From Octopus vulgaris (Eukaryota): a stretch of DNA of 64,000 bases. A model generated the notes under the pieces. The model saw only the letters and a program-made list of their open reading frames with translations. It did not search any database and had not been told where the DNA came from. How positions within the stretch are numbered: position 1 is the first letter of the stretch; every line of letters begins with the position of its first letter. Location of the stretch: contig OX597816.1 in the NCBI GenBank assembly GCA_951406725.2, positions 50,468,001 through 50,532,000 of the forward strand, given 5' to 3'. Position numbers and translations under genes: made by a program. Positions 26,435-40,533 of this stretch are shown one piece after another.

Positions 26435-29400
26435 AATATTTAAATACAGATTATAAAGAGATGTAACTGAATAAACTCACGACCATTCTTACAATTCACC
26501 CACACTTTCCTCACTTCGCTTCTATTGCTATATCAGTCATTCGGTTCTACATTTTAGGTGAAAAAGCTTTTCTTTGACGTGTATTGTCTGTAGTCTCCTT
26601 CTTGTTGCCGTAGCTATTTGTCTGCTGCTGCAGCTATAACTTCGTCTGCTTCAACTGCTTTGTCTAATCTATTGCTAAAACCAATAACAGCAAAATTCTA
26701 AGACAATATTCTTTTGATTTTTTTTCAATTGTTTCTTCCGGCAAAACTTTCGTTTCTACATGTACTTGTTCTTCGCTTTCAACCGTTTTACCACTTCTTT
26801 CCGATTTGATCCACAGTGGTCTTTGATTTCTGTTCAATCATTTTAAAAAGTTGCAACGAAATATTTAAAATTGTATATAATTAATCAATTACGTGAGATG
26901 AAACTGGAAACATGAGATCCCTGTTAATTAATAAAATTAGAGTTTTCAGAAAACAGACCTTGAAAAATGTTGGGTTCTGTGAGAAAGTTCTTTTAATAAA
27001 GGTATTGGAAAAAAAGCATTGCTTTATGTCAATGTTGATTATTAACATAGGTAAGCAATGATATATTTCAGAAGGTGTATCGTCCTGAATCGACTATAAA
27101 GAGTACGGTGCTTCTAGAGCCAAGTTTCTGATCCTAGCCAGAGGATCTTATTGGATTTTTACATTAGACGGATGTTACTAATTAATATATAATGCATTTT
27201 TTCTGATACACTACTACTAAATCTTGAAGTTTACTGATCTTCAAAGTGGATTTTCTCTGTCGGTACATGACCACAAACATTGAATAATGAATGAAATGGA
27301 TATAAAGAAATCGATCTACAGGGGTGCAAATGCGTGAAACAATTTTTTTTGTAGGTATTCCATGTGTACATACTCGCTAATATCTACATCAGTAGATATT
27401 TAACGTTATTATCCTTATTTTATACAAATTAGGTGACAGTAAATCAAGGAAAGTGACTGATGACAACTGAACCGAAAAAGCAGATGCTAATACAGTTAAG
27501 TATTTTGTTTTGAAAATCCTGCAACCTAGAAACTGAAAATGTATCTGTTTAAGACATTACGATTTTGTTTAGGAAACAACTTTTTTGACATTTGGTAGCA
27601 CGGAATTATCTTGGCACATTTTTAAAATGCAAAATCTATCCTTCTCAAAATAAGAATATTATTGACGTCTTTCAACTTGGATGAAGGAAAACAGGTTTTA
27701 TAGGTGATGCTTTTGCACCTTTCGTGTTTCAAGAAGGCAACATAACGTTGATTCACTAAACTTCCGCGTAGGACACATCAAGATGAATATATTATTCTAT
27801 GCATTTGCAATTTCAGTATGTAGAGCTACTCAAAGTTCCTCAAAGACTTCCATCATTCAGTGTTGGTCATGTATTCGTACATGTATGTAAAGAATAAAAC
27901 ACTGTTCTTTTTAGGAATAATCTGCAAGAAATTTACTTCTCTGCCAAATACCGATGTTTATGCATTGGTAAGGTCTGCCGAATTGGGTTAATACAACTTG
28001 TTTCTGTAGTGGCAATGTCTGCTCTCAGAACGCAAAGGAAATGAACAAATAGAGAAATGAACATTTTACAGATTTGCCTCTAAAAATCTGGGTTTGAAAA
28101 TATTTTAATCAACTCGAAAACATCGAAAAGGAGATCTGAACCTGTCGTCTTTTGAACTCAGAAAACAGAGTCAGAACAAATAAAACAAAGTGTTCTATCG
28201 CGTGTTCTAATAACAATACCTATGCACTGGCTTAATGCCTCAAATACTTGCGTGAATAATACTAATAATAATACGGATGAACATTGTAAAGCATTTTCAG
28301 ATAAAATCCATTGACATGGACAAGGGATCTTGCAATGAGATTAATAATGAAATTAAATCAGATTAACATTTCTTTTTAGGATTTCCTGTATTACAGAAAA
28401 GTCTCAGATAATTATTAAATTAGACAATTTTTTGCTATAATTAGATGTGAAACGTAAATCACTCTAAAACTGATGAGTCTTGGATTCCAATTTGATAGAT
28501 CGCTTCATGTTGGGTTATCTACAGTTAAAAATATATTTTGAGGGATTATGCATAAGTGTATAAATCAAACATCTTTTTCAGTCTTAGCCTTTAGATATAT
28601 TTCGCCTAATGATATTTATGTAATTCAGTATTATATAGAGGTTTGATACACAAATGTTGTCTCGCAGATAAGCCGACTAAATGGGAGTGGTCTGTTTTTT
28701 CTTCCTTTTCTGATATTTTCAACAAAGGAAATCTTGCATCTGATCGTTTTTTAGATTGTTTTTTTCCATTAATTTTGCCAAATTGCTAAACCAAATCAAA
28801 TTATCACATAAGTAATTACGGTTCGACAGAAAGGAAAGAGTTTCAATTCTTTTATAGACATTCGCTTTCTTTTCGAATGGCAGTATAATTTTCTGTGTTG
28901 TTCTAAAGAGATTGATTCAGAACATAAGAAACATTCATAAAATCAACAGTCTGCTATATTTATTAATTAGAATTCAAAGTGATTAAAAATAATCCCCAGA
29001 AGAAAAAAATTCTCATATAAAATTCAAAGGTTTCATTGTGGATAACTGAAAGTAGATTTTAGTTTTTGATTTTGAAGAAGACTTGATTGAATTTACTATA
29101 CTAAATAAATCAATTTTCGTAGGCGATATTTCAACAATTAAAACTGTGTTCAAAGAAATAATTTACAATTTTCAAATATAAAACTGTAATTCGAAAGGGT
29201 CTCTCTGGAAACTAATGCGATTTAGGTCAAAGCAGCAAACACTCGAATAGACCAGCACACGTATTACTGATTTATATCTGATAAACATACCGCGTTTTCG
29301 GTAGCTATTCGTACATTTCGAACGAAAGGTATAAAAAGCGATATATGCTCATCTTTTTCTGCCTTCCGTACTATTTTGTTACAATAATGGATTCCTTCTA

Positions 29401-29784
29401 TGTCAGGAAGTCTGATACGCTTGTTATAGAAGAAACAAGATCGTGTGAGGAGCATACATTTTCTGAGAAACATAAATGTAAGCGTAGCTGAACGTCAAAA
29501 TAGTGATGTTTCACAGATATCATGTCACTAATTTACAACCACCTTGATTTATTGATGCAAAAATACATTTATAATCGAGAAAAATCTAAGATATTAGCGG
29601 AGCTTTGGTGTGTAGCTCACAATAATCTGTCATAGAAAGCAAACAGAATCTGAATCTTCGTGTTCAGATTCACAGATAGGACACTTTTTACGCAGCTTCT
29701 AATAATTTCATGTCGTTTTTAAAATTTTTACATAGTTCACAAAAATGTAATAACTTCACCTCACCAGTAATACCATGCTTCTTT

Positions 29785-30178
29785 CAGTAGTGGCTGCGTG
29801 GTAAGTGGCTAGCTTACCAACCACATGGTTCCGGGTTCATTCCCACTGCGTGGTACCTTGGGCAACTGTCTTCTACAATAGCCTCGGGGCGACCAAAGTC
29901 TTGTGAGTGGATTTGGTTGACGGAAACTGAAAGAAGCCCATCATATGTATATATATGAATGTGTGTGTATTTATGTGTTTGTGTTTGTCCCCCCAACATC
30001 GCATGACAACCGATGCTGGTGTGTTTACGTACACGTAACTTAGCGGTTCTGCAAAAGAGACCGATAGAATAAGTACTAGGCTTACAAAGAATAAGTTCTG
30101 GGGTCGATTTGCTCGACTAAAGGCGGTGCTCCAGCATGGTCACAGTCAAATGACTGAAACAAGTAAAAGAGTAAAAGA
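29785..30178 (+). mobile_element. SINE family B, full length (tRNA head, CORE-like block, internal TA/TG microsatellite, (GTAAAAGA)n tail)
   Basis: GTGGCTGCGTGGTAAG (A box), GGTTCATTCCC (B box), ACCTTGGGCAACTGTCTTCTAC, tail AAGTAAAAGAGTAAAAGA. Confidence 0.9.
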
Positions 30179-31895
30179 AAACTTTGATTATGACAGCCAC
30201 CACTGATGTGAAAATGGTCGATTACAAAGGAGGCATGAAAAATATTAAATACTCCTAAAGCGTATTCTTGCGCGTGTACAGCCGCGGTGCCGTCCTCTTT
30301 GAATTTCATCTATTTTGGAAATCTTCTTGCATATTTCCAGAATCGAAGGATAAATAGCAAATCAATTACAGTAGGAACTAAACTGAAAACAGGATTTGAC
30401 ACAAGAAAATTTTATCCGCTCTCTTACACAGAGGGCCTTTCAGAAGTTACTGAATATTGGCTCATCATTTAAATCTTCATAAAGGAGTGTAATAAATTAT
30501 ATCTACACTTTATTTTATCCCCCGCAAATAATGAACATCAAAATTGACCGCTTGACTAATATCAAAATTTATTCGTGGACGATATAGTAAAGAAGTTAAT
30601 GAACTTCTTTTCTGTGTCGAAGCAGCAGCAGCAGTAGTAGTAGTAGTTGTAGCATTTGCTGTAAGAACGTGCCGCTGTACCCGCCATTTGTTGGTGATTC
30701 CCAAGTCCTAGCCTGTGACCCCTTTGCATCACTTAGTCGACTACCCTCCAGCCCATTGGTCTCTTAGGTAGTTGTTACTGGTGACGTGCTATGAGGTTGG
30801 AATCCAAGTCCTCTTTTAGTTGCCTTCTATGATACGTAGAGGAAACGTTTTGCCTATTCTTTGACAAGCCTGTTGTCACACCTTTGTTTGTTAAGGATGT
30901 ATAATATGATCAACATGCCTTGAATGTAACCGAACCCATCACATAATGACATCACACTAGTTTCTGTATGATACCATGTAGTATCTCCTAAATAATAATT
31001 TTGGACTCGTCTCACCTGATTTGCGATTCGTTATCACTCACGATTTTAACTCCGTAAGCGTGTTTACTTTACATATCACTTTAAGAATATCAAATCCCAA
31101 TTAAGTATATCCGCATGGATGCTCATAAGGAAACTGGCCTGTTAAAATGTACGAATATAACCTTCTGATATCGTGACTTGACGAGACAGAGAGAGAGAGG
31201 TAAAAAAGGCATATTGGCAGCTAAATTTAGACGTGAAGGTATTATATTTTTGTGATCTACTTAAAATTTTCATATACGACGTTGAATTATTAGAATCGGC
31301 GTAAAAATATGCCATACAGGTGAGTCTGTACACGAAGATTTAGCTTCTATTTGTTTTCTATGGCAGATTATCATGAACTACACACAAATGTTCAACTTAT
31401 ATCTTAAGTATTTCTCGATTATAATGTTTTTGTATCAATAATTCAAGGAGGCTATAAATTAAGGACATGATATCTGTGAAACATCCTCATTTTGAATTTC
31501 AGTTATGCTTACATTTATAAAGTTTCTCAGAAAATGTATGCTTCTCACACGATTTTGTTTCTTCTCTAGTAAGCATATCAAATACCTTGATATACAAGGA
31601 AACCATTATTGTATGAAAAATCATACGCTTTTTATCACTTTTGTTCTAAATTCATGGCGTTAGAATAGAATATGAAATTTGCAATTTCAATGCAATATCA
31701 TGTAAAATTTTGTATAGCGTCTGAACTCGGCTTAAAATGTAACTATCAAAGCAAAGTTCATAATAAAAGGCAATCAATTTAACAATTATATGAAAACTCC
31801 ATTTGCGAAAGCTGTTTCAGTTGTCTATATGCTTCTTACAGTTCTATAAATGTTTAACACAAAATTAATTATATAGATTGTGAAATCCCATATTC

Positions 31896-31896
<1 letters not shown>

Positions 31897-31956
<60 letters not shown>

Positions 31957-32101
31957 AATCAATAGAAAATATGATTAAATAATTTTGCAATTGTAATGAT
32001 GCACAGGTTATTAATAGTGCTGTAAGGAATTAAGCCGATAAACGTCAAAAGCATATTTTGCGTCCCGTTTTACTTATACATTTATTAAAATGCATTTGTG
32101 A

Positions 32102-32166
<65 letters not shown>

Positions 32167-32237
32167 CTATATTTACATGTGTGTATATATGTTTGTGTGT
32201 ATGTATCTGTGTGTGCATATGTGTGTATATATAAAAA

Positions 32238-32292
<55 letters not shown>

Positions 32293-32320
32293 TATACAGA
32301 TATATACACAAGCATATATA

Positions 32321-32352
<32 letters not shown>

Positions 32353-32412
32353 AGTAGTTACATATGTATATGCTTTTATGCAAACAAACCCTCATATATG
32401 TGTGTGTGTGTA
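31897..32412. repeat. (TA)n/(TG)n microsatellite cluster
   Basis: Directly visible runs at 31897-31956 and 32105-32412. Confidence 0.9.
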
Positions 32413-33351
32413 CAACTGATTTGCGGGAACATGTTCATCTATTAAATTTCACTGACCAGCTTAGGAGGACAATTATATAATTTAAAGAATGTTAATGATC
32501 CTATTCTATTTGTATCTGTATATGTTCAATTAATCTCCCTAAACTCTGAACTTTATCCAGTGTTTATCATCGTAACATTACAGAATTTTTCCTCTTGATT
32601 TGGGATTTTGACATTTTCAACAATTTGATCAATTTACAATTCCGACATCGTGTCTCTAAAAAGGAAAAGAACAAATATTTAATTGATGATTAAATCGAGC
32701 TAAAATATCGATCAATGTTATGTTCTGCTTCCTCTTTTAATGATTTCAACATCATCGACAAACCAAAAAAAAAAAAATGTTGCTTATTAGCGAACTGGCA
32801 ATATAAACAACTAAATATATAAAGACAGAATATTTGTGCTGTGCGACCTCACCAGCAGATAGTCTTAAATAACTGACTCAAAAGGGCAACTGTCATGTGG
32901 TACTGGTTTTGATAAGTCAAAATTACCTCTTTTAGTAAGCAAGAGTTAAATCAAGACTTTACCGCTGCCTCCCAATGTGAAAAATCTTGTACTAGGTGCC
33001 GCAAAACAAAAATAAACATCTAAACAGATTTACACATTGAAACGACAGACTGTAGTCTACGCTCCTTGACTGAAGTTTTCTAACACGATCGAAATGAAGT
33101 AGTAGTGCAGTTATGCTCTCATGGTTATGGGTAACTGCATTGACATGTTTCATATCCATTGACGAATAGTTTATTTAGCGTGAAAATTTAGCATGCTTAA
33201 GTTTGGGTTTATATCAGTAAAGGAGAATGAGATTATCATCTTTATTACCAGAAATGTTCCACAATTTAATTTTATTTTCATTTCACAACATTCTGCATTA
33301 GCGTGCGGTTCTTCAAATTACTGGCAACCTTAATTTGGTATATTTATCGTT

Positions 33352-33712
33352 TTGTTTTTCTATTATTTGTTTCCGTCATTAGAGTGCGGCCATACTGGAG
33401 CACCGCATTCGACAGCTTTTAGCTTAATGAATCTACAGCAGTGCTCATTTTGCAAGGCATGGTACTTATTATATTCGACTTCTTTTTGCCGAAGAGGTAA
33501 GTTATGGGGACGCAAAGAAACCAAGCCCAGTCATCAAGAGATGGTGGGAGAGAAAAACAGACACAAAGACACACACACTCACACATGTATACGACGGGCT
33601 TCTTTCAGCTTCCGTCTTCCGTCGGCCGAGGCTATAGTAGAAAAGACTTGACTAAGGTGCCACGTAGTGAGGCTGAACTCGGAAAAAAGTTGCTGGGACG
33701 CTCGCTTCTTAC
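33352..33712 (-). mobile_element. SINE family B, diverged
   Basis: TGCGGCCATACTGGAGCACCGC ... GACGGGCTTCTTTCAG ... CCGAGGCTATAGTAGAA. Confidence 0.75.
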
Positions 33713-33877
33713 CGTACATGCGTGTCTGCGTCTGTGCCTGAATAATCTGCCTTAATTATAGTAACACGACGATAAATTTATCAGGAATCATATTTAGACG
33801 TAATAGAAGACGATATCCTGCTTAAGAGGTAAAACGGTAAATAAACTAATATTTTCGCTGCATTAAATCGTCGACAG

Positions 33878-34090
33878 AGGTGACAAGCTGGCAGAATCGT
33901 TAGAACATCAGGCAAAATATTTAGCGGCATTTAGTCTGTCTTAAGGTTCTGAGTTCAAATTCTTCCGAGGTCGACTTTGCCTTTCATCCATTTGGGATCG
34001 ATAACTTAAGTGACAGTTAGACGCTGGGGGCGATGTAATCAACTAGCCACGCTCCTTCCACCAGATTTCAGGCCGCCTAAAGTAGTAATG
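33878..34090 (+). mobile_element. SINE family A copy
   Basis: AGCTGGCAGAATCGTTAG ... GAGTTCAAATT..CCGAGGTCGACTTTGCCTTTCATCC. Confidence 0.85.
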
Positions 34091-34182
34091 TTTATTATTA
34101 CTAGTTTTAATTATGGCAGCGAGATTGCAGAATCCTTAGCACTCCAGACAGAATGCGCCCTCATACACCCCCCCACACACGC

Positions 34183-34235
<53 letters not shown>

Positions 34236-35417
34236 CACATACATATACACATACAACATTCATTTCTAGAGTATCTTGTATTTTGTATCTGCAATCCGTC
34301 AGCGAAGCGTCTCTATTTAATATCTTATTTCTAAAATTCCCTATACGTCTGCGAAAAACCATACTGTGTGGTTGGGTTTTCTCTTTCCAGGTGAATGTCC
34401 CTACCTAACTCTTTCTCATCTCTCTCTCTCTCTCGCCCTTTGATTCTCTCTTATTTCCGTGTGACCTATTTTAATTATCTGTTTGCTGTCTCACTGTTCC
34501 ACTGTTTTTCGACGGTTCTCTACTCTAATAACCATTTATATCATCATCTTCAAAGCAACAAGCTTGTAATACATCCAATTCAGTCCGATCTAATCCAAAT
34601 ACTGTAGACAAAATATGTTCGATACAGAGCGATACTGAGTTTCTTTTGATGTGATTTTGTCGTTTCATTTCATATTTACCATATCATATTGAGTAAACAA
34701 GGGAAACAAGAGAAAGATTCAATATATATTCCCGACTCTATATCAAATGTCAGCTTTCACAGCCAAATAGTTACATAACAGAACAAATGAAACACCTACT
34801 CTGCTTTCTCATTGGCACAAAGCGTCAATTATAATGCTTGTGTTACTAGGATTTATGGAGCACTTACGGATGAATGTATATATATATAAAGTCTCATTCA
34901 GTGTCACTACAGCAGCATGAATTGACAGGGTTGAGAAATTCGCTAAACATTACACAGATTTACAACATTATAGAGTTCGTTGTCATCAGTATTTTGTTTT
35001 GATTGGCAGTGGTATCAGCAATTAGTGTTTGCAGATATTTCTATTCTTTTTGCTTTTGCACTTTTGAGTAATACGAATTATAACAAAATCGTTGTCCTAA
35101 TATTTAACGACTTTCACATACTAATGGGTGCTTATTTTAAACAGGTATATATCACAATGAGCAAGACAAACGTGTTTTGTTCTAAACATTTTATTTTAAA
35201 TAAATAATCCTGTTTAACGATAAGCACGTTTAACAATGCCTATTTATGCTGCCATGAATAAAATTCAATCTCGAAATATTTGACAATTTTATGGAGTTTT
35301 GAATGAAACCTATATAAAAGTATATATAAATACATGCATATTTACATACTGTGTGGTTGGGATGTGTGTGTATATATACATACGTGTGTGTGTGTGTAAA
35401 AGTATATGAAATTGTAT

Positions 35418-35575
35418 ACTCTTTACTTGTTTCAGTCATTTAGTCGAGCAAATCGACGCCAGGACTTATTCTTTGTAAGCCTAGTACTTATTCTATCGGT
35501 CTCCTTTGCCGTACCGCTAGTTTACGGGGACATGAACACACCAGCATCGGTTGTCAAGCGATGTTGGGGGGACAA

Positions 35576-35662
<87 letters not shown>

Positions 35663-35826
35663 TATACACCAAAGGCTTCCTTCAGTTTCCGTCTCTCAAA
35701 TCCACTCACAAGGCTTTGGTCGGCCCGAGGCTATAGTAGAAGACACTTGCCCAAGATGCCATGCAGTGGGACTAAACTCGGAACCATGTGGTTCGTAAGC
35801 AAGCTACTTACCACACAGCCACTCCT
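35418..35826 (-). mobile_element. SINE family B with internal deletion near the 3' end and expanded internal (TA)n
   Basis: Reverse complement of 29785-30178. Lacks the TGCGGCCATGCTGGAGCACCGCC segment. Confidence 0.9.
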
Positions 35827-37364
35827 AGGTTTTACTTTTTATACATCTCTCCAATGGCGAAAAATAGCGTCTCTAATCCAGGAACATGAGGCATTTTAAT
35901 TAAGGCATACAATTAACTTGGTAGCGACGCATGAATATCTTTATCTACGTACGTATACATGATTTCCCTTTATGCTTATGTTGTCATGCCCAGCCACATT
36001 ATTTTATGCAAATGAATGTCCATAGTAAATTAAACTGTGAGTCAATTCATCATCACGAACATAAAACTCAGTACGAAATCAGACCTAAATATTTTAAGAT
36101 CCAGTATCAGAATGAATTTGACGAGTGCTGGCCTCTGTCTTGCCGTTCCTAGATGGCTTGAAACTAATAATTACAGATAAGTGATTTTGAACGATCCACA
36201 ACAAAGATTGTTATACCAAGCAAGAATTACAATGCGGAATTGAACTTATTATTTGATTTCTCCTCTCGTTCTACATTCTGTATATGAATGCGTTAAAGCA
36301 TTTCATTCGCCTGATAAATATTCTGACGACCACTACATAAACCAATACGGCCCGTTATCTTAATATGTTAACATCCAGTACTTCAGCGCGCTACTGCTAA
36401 TTTTTAAAAGGAAAATAAAAAAAGGAAAAAGGCAAATATGAAAATACACAACTGATTATCCTACAATTATAAGGAATTATTGATTACAATTTCTGAATGG
36501 AATAATTACTTCATCGATTATTCCATTGATTAATTGAATATATTTTGAATTTTGACAATAACGTTATTCAAATGTGCATTTTCAACATTTAAAAGTTAAC
36601 AATTTTTGAAAATCTTCTAGTTTCTCCCCATAGCAACAGATCTAGTTAAAAGTTTAATAACTTGACCGCCGAAAAAAAAGTTCACAAACTAATTAGAAGA
36701 AAAAAATATGAAGTGAAATATGCATTTATGGAGAACTCATGTATAAACAACATGATTTTAAACTGTATAATCTGCTATTTACCCAGTAACTCTACCAGAT
36801 ACAAACAGACTGCTACTTTCCCACAACAATTATCTTGGGTTATTTGTTTCTGTCCCAATCAATTGTAACAAAGTTAGTTTTGTTTTGTATTTCGTAAAGA
36901 TTATTGGTTATAGAAATTTTATTGACAACCAGGGACATGAATTTCACACTATTCATATTTATCAAAATACACGTCTATAGAAAACGCCTTGTTTTATTTC
37001 AGGAATATATGTATATATTTATATATTCATATTTAAGGAAGGCGGTGATACAACTCAGAAATTTACTCGTGGGTTAGAGATATTTTAAGTTATAATCCAA
37101 CATAGATATGTAGCTTTCTTCCTTATGATGTACCTCGTGTACAAATCTGCAAACACGTGTGTGTGTGTTTGTGTATGTATTGTGTGTGGTGTGTGCGTGT
37201 GTGTGTATGTGTGTGATTGTGTGAGTCCACGAGTGTGCGTTATTTATAAGTATGAATTATAAATTACAGTTTCTAAAGTGATACCACTTGTTCCGCTTTT
37301 CCACTCTTTCTTCTGTATTATACATATATACACACACATATATGCATATATATATATACGTTTA

Positions 37365-37677
37365 AATATTTGTTGTGCAAGATTTTTTATGTGAAGTCGT
37401 GTGTTGAAACAGATATTGTCATATTTCGGAATGGTCATTTTGCCAGTTTAGCCAATAAAAACACACGCACTATATATTTGGTGTTACTTTGCTTCAGTGT
37501 TATTTATTTTTTACATTAATCTTAATCTTATTTCGGGCAGAGTTCTTTCGTCACACTCATGTGACCGCATCAGTGGTCCTTTGTTTTCTTCTTACTTATT
37601 TGTGTCTCTCCTTACCAACCGTCAGCCATGTGGTTTTTTTTGCTAAACTGACAAAATGACCATTCCGAAATATAACA

Positions 37678-37682
<5 letters not shown>
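37365..37682 (-). mobile_element. (TA)n-flanked HHR module with short inverted terminal copy (same family as 54000-54218)
   Basis: 37413-37451 is inverted at 37642-37680. Body is the reverse complement of 54000-54218. Confidence 0.8.
37537..37576 (-). ncRNA. Minimal hammerhead motif, mutated (A9C, stem I mismatch)
   Basis: CCA-CUGAUGC-G-GUCAC-AUGAGU-GUGAC-GAAA-GAAC-UC-UGC. Confidence 0.6.
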
Positions 37683-37735
<53 letters not shown>

Positions 37736-38958
37736 ATTGAATAAAGTTACTATATGATCTAGTTTTCAGATTTTTAATTATTGTATTATATTGTATTATA
37801 TGTTTTTATTATTGTGTTACCCTTCAACATTGTAAAAGATTTTCTTAAAATAAAATAATAAAAATCGTGATAAACATGCTGTAACTTTATTCAACCGATA
37901 TATAATTCTATTCACATTTACACAAGTTTAGGAAAAAATGTATATCTATATATATGTGTGTGTGAGTATACACATATATTCATAAATACATCCATACACA
38001 CACATATCCTTTATTCGGTTAAACGTATAGGGGAAAAACCTAACCATTACTACGTCCATTTAGTCATGCTATGAAACACTACGGACAATCAGTTGGTGAG
38101 GTTTGTATGTGATTAGAAAATATTCAATAATGTGAAAGTTTACCTCACTAGTGAGTTGGATAGGCGATTATATTATTCTATTATATTTCAGTGGAATTAG
38201 ATTTTCGTGTAACGAAATTTGCTATCAAGTACATATGGCTTACGGATTTGAAATGCCGCGAGCATATTCATTGTTCTGTTGTTCTCATCACATAATAAAG
38301 TTAGATTCATTTTCGATTTTCATAATATCGAACGACAAAAGCGCTAAAATACGAACTACATATGTTTAGAACATTTTGGTGGACTGAATATACCGGCATA
38401 ACTATTTTAATAACAATCATGCAAAAATTATTTATCGTAAATATATGAAAGATGTGAGAGTGAATCTCAAAACAGAAATCTTAAATTTTTACAAGAACAA
38501 ATTAAAATAACTTGCGGTGTAAATCACAGCCGGAAGTTGTAACGTTAGCTTCGGATTTGGTGTCTTGCTGTTTAATGCCTTAGTAAATGTTACGAAGCGC
38601 ATGATAAATGGTATGATTAGGAAAAACCCGTAAGCTGTAACTGTCATTTTGCAACAAAATTTCCCTACAATCCATTTATTTCGTCCGAACATATAATACC
38701 TTTATTATAAGTGATTGAACGAAGCGCAACATGAATTATAAATTCTGAAATATAAGCAGAAGTTTTGGAAAGTTACACAAATACGTTGGTTATACGTTTA
38801 TATATTTTCAGTTTTATATATCAATAGATATCTAAAATATATAGAGAGAGAGCGGTACCCCAGCATCGCCACGGCCTCAAAGCTGAAACATATAAAAGAG
38901 TATATACACATACACACACACATACACACATATGGAGATATATAAATATACACACATA

Positions 38959-39001
<43 letters not shown>

Positions 39002-39152
39002 ATATATAAATATATATATATATATGTGTGTGTGTATATATAAATATATATATATATATGTGTGTGTGTATATATAAATATATATATATACATGTGTGCA
39101 TGTGTATACATATATATACACATGACAAATGGGAAGAAGCTATTTTAGATAT

Positions 39153-39535
39153 TCTTTTATTTTTTTGTTTCAGTCATTGGACTGTGGACATTCTGGAGCA
39201 CCGCCTTCAGTTGAACAAATCCACACCAGGATTTATTCCTTGTGAGCCTAGTATTTATTCTATCGGTCTTTTTTGCCGAACCGCTAGGTTACGGAAACGT
39301 AAATGCACCAACATTTGGCTCATGCGATGGTGGAGGTGACAAACACAGACACACAAATACATGCATACACATACATATACATGACAGGCTTCTTTCAGTT
39401 TCTGTCTACCAAATCCACAAAGCTTTTGTCGGCCCGAGATTATAGAAGGCACTTGCCCAAGGTGCCAAGCAAGGGGGCTGCACCCAGAAACATATGGTTG
39501 GGAAGCAAGCTCCTTACCACACAGCCACTCCTGCG
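39153..39535 (-). mobile_element. SINE family B, full length, diverged
   Basis: Plus strand ends CTTACCACACAGCCACTCCTGCG (tRNA head on minus). Colinear with other B copies. Confidence 0.88.
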
Positions 39536-40424
39536 ATAGTATATTTCTAATAGCCTACCTGATTTCACAGATAATTTTGAACTTAAATTTCAAGAAAAGT
39601 AGAAAATGGGGACCTATGCCTACAAATGACTTGCTTCTGACTCGTGTTGGAAAAGTCTCTTGTTTTCATGGAGAGAACATTAGTATCCGTTTATTTTACA
39701 CTTTGATTGGCAGAATATAATCACACGATTAAGCGTAGAATATTTTCTACGATCCTCGCTACGACCGTGTGATAATGTCAAGTGAGTGTTGTTTATTCGT
39801 CGAAAGTTAAGGCCGACATGGTTGAATGAACGTTTCTTGTGACGGTCGTAAACAATCAAGGATCTCACTGTTGAGTGATTTAATCCGATTTAATCTGTCG
39901 AGTGGCAAAGTGGACAGGAATTTTCATAGGATCATTAAATTTTGTTAGTTCTCTGTTGTTGTCTGAGTATTACTGCTAGGGAGCCCTCTTGATGTTAATA
40001 TATATATTTTCTTTATCTATTCGCGTTTGAATCATGGTATTGTGTGAAAAAAATGTCTATATCTACAGGCGGACTGGATATGATTTCTGTGTATTTATGT
40101 AGGCATTAGATTTTGTTCTAAATTCTTGCGTTAATGTCATGAGAGAGAGAGAGAGAGAGAAAAATGGTTGTGCTCAAACGTAACGTTATTGAGTGCAAAT
40201 TCAAAAGGACAAGTGATGGGTGAGCTCGTGCGTGAGTAATTGTGGCTGAATATAATTTGTTAAAGTTCTAGTCTACATTTGTATACTTGTATGAATATAA
40301 TTTCTTTGTTATGATATTTTCTGGTGATAATATTGTAAGTCTCCCTGTTTTGAGATTGTGCGTGATAATAAAGGGTAATGTACTGTGCTTTTCTGAAGTA
40401 CTGATGTTTGTTCTCATATATATA

Positions 40425-40465
40425 TATATATTAAAACACTACCGCGGTTGAAGGATATATATATA

Positions 40466-40506
<41 letters not shown>

Positions 40507-40533
40507 TTCAACCGCGGTAGTGGTTTAATATAT
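40425..40533. repeat. Inverted repeat (~30-bp arms) around a (TA)n spacer
   Basis: ATATTAAAACACTACCGCGGTTGAAGGA ... TCCTTCAACCGCGGTAGTGGTTTAATAT, with 1 mismatch. Confidence 0.9.

Noticed and set aside
28470-28505. CTGATGAG followed by a small hairpin
   Set aside because: No GAAA or stem I/III partner downstream.
26450-29700. Microsatellite-poor stretch that might hold host exons
   Set aside because: No ORF with recognisable protein features. Small exons cannot be excluded without transcript data.
39640-40410. Possible decayed LINE RT region on the minus strand (similar impressions at 25000-25330 and 53430-53830)
   Set aside because: Only vague compositional and motif hints. No motif could be read with confidence.
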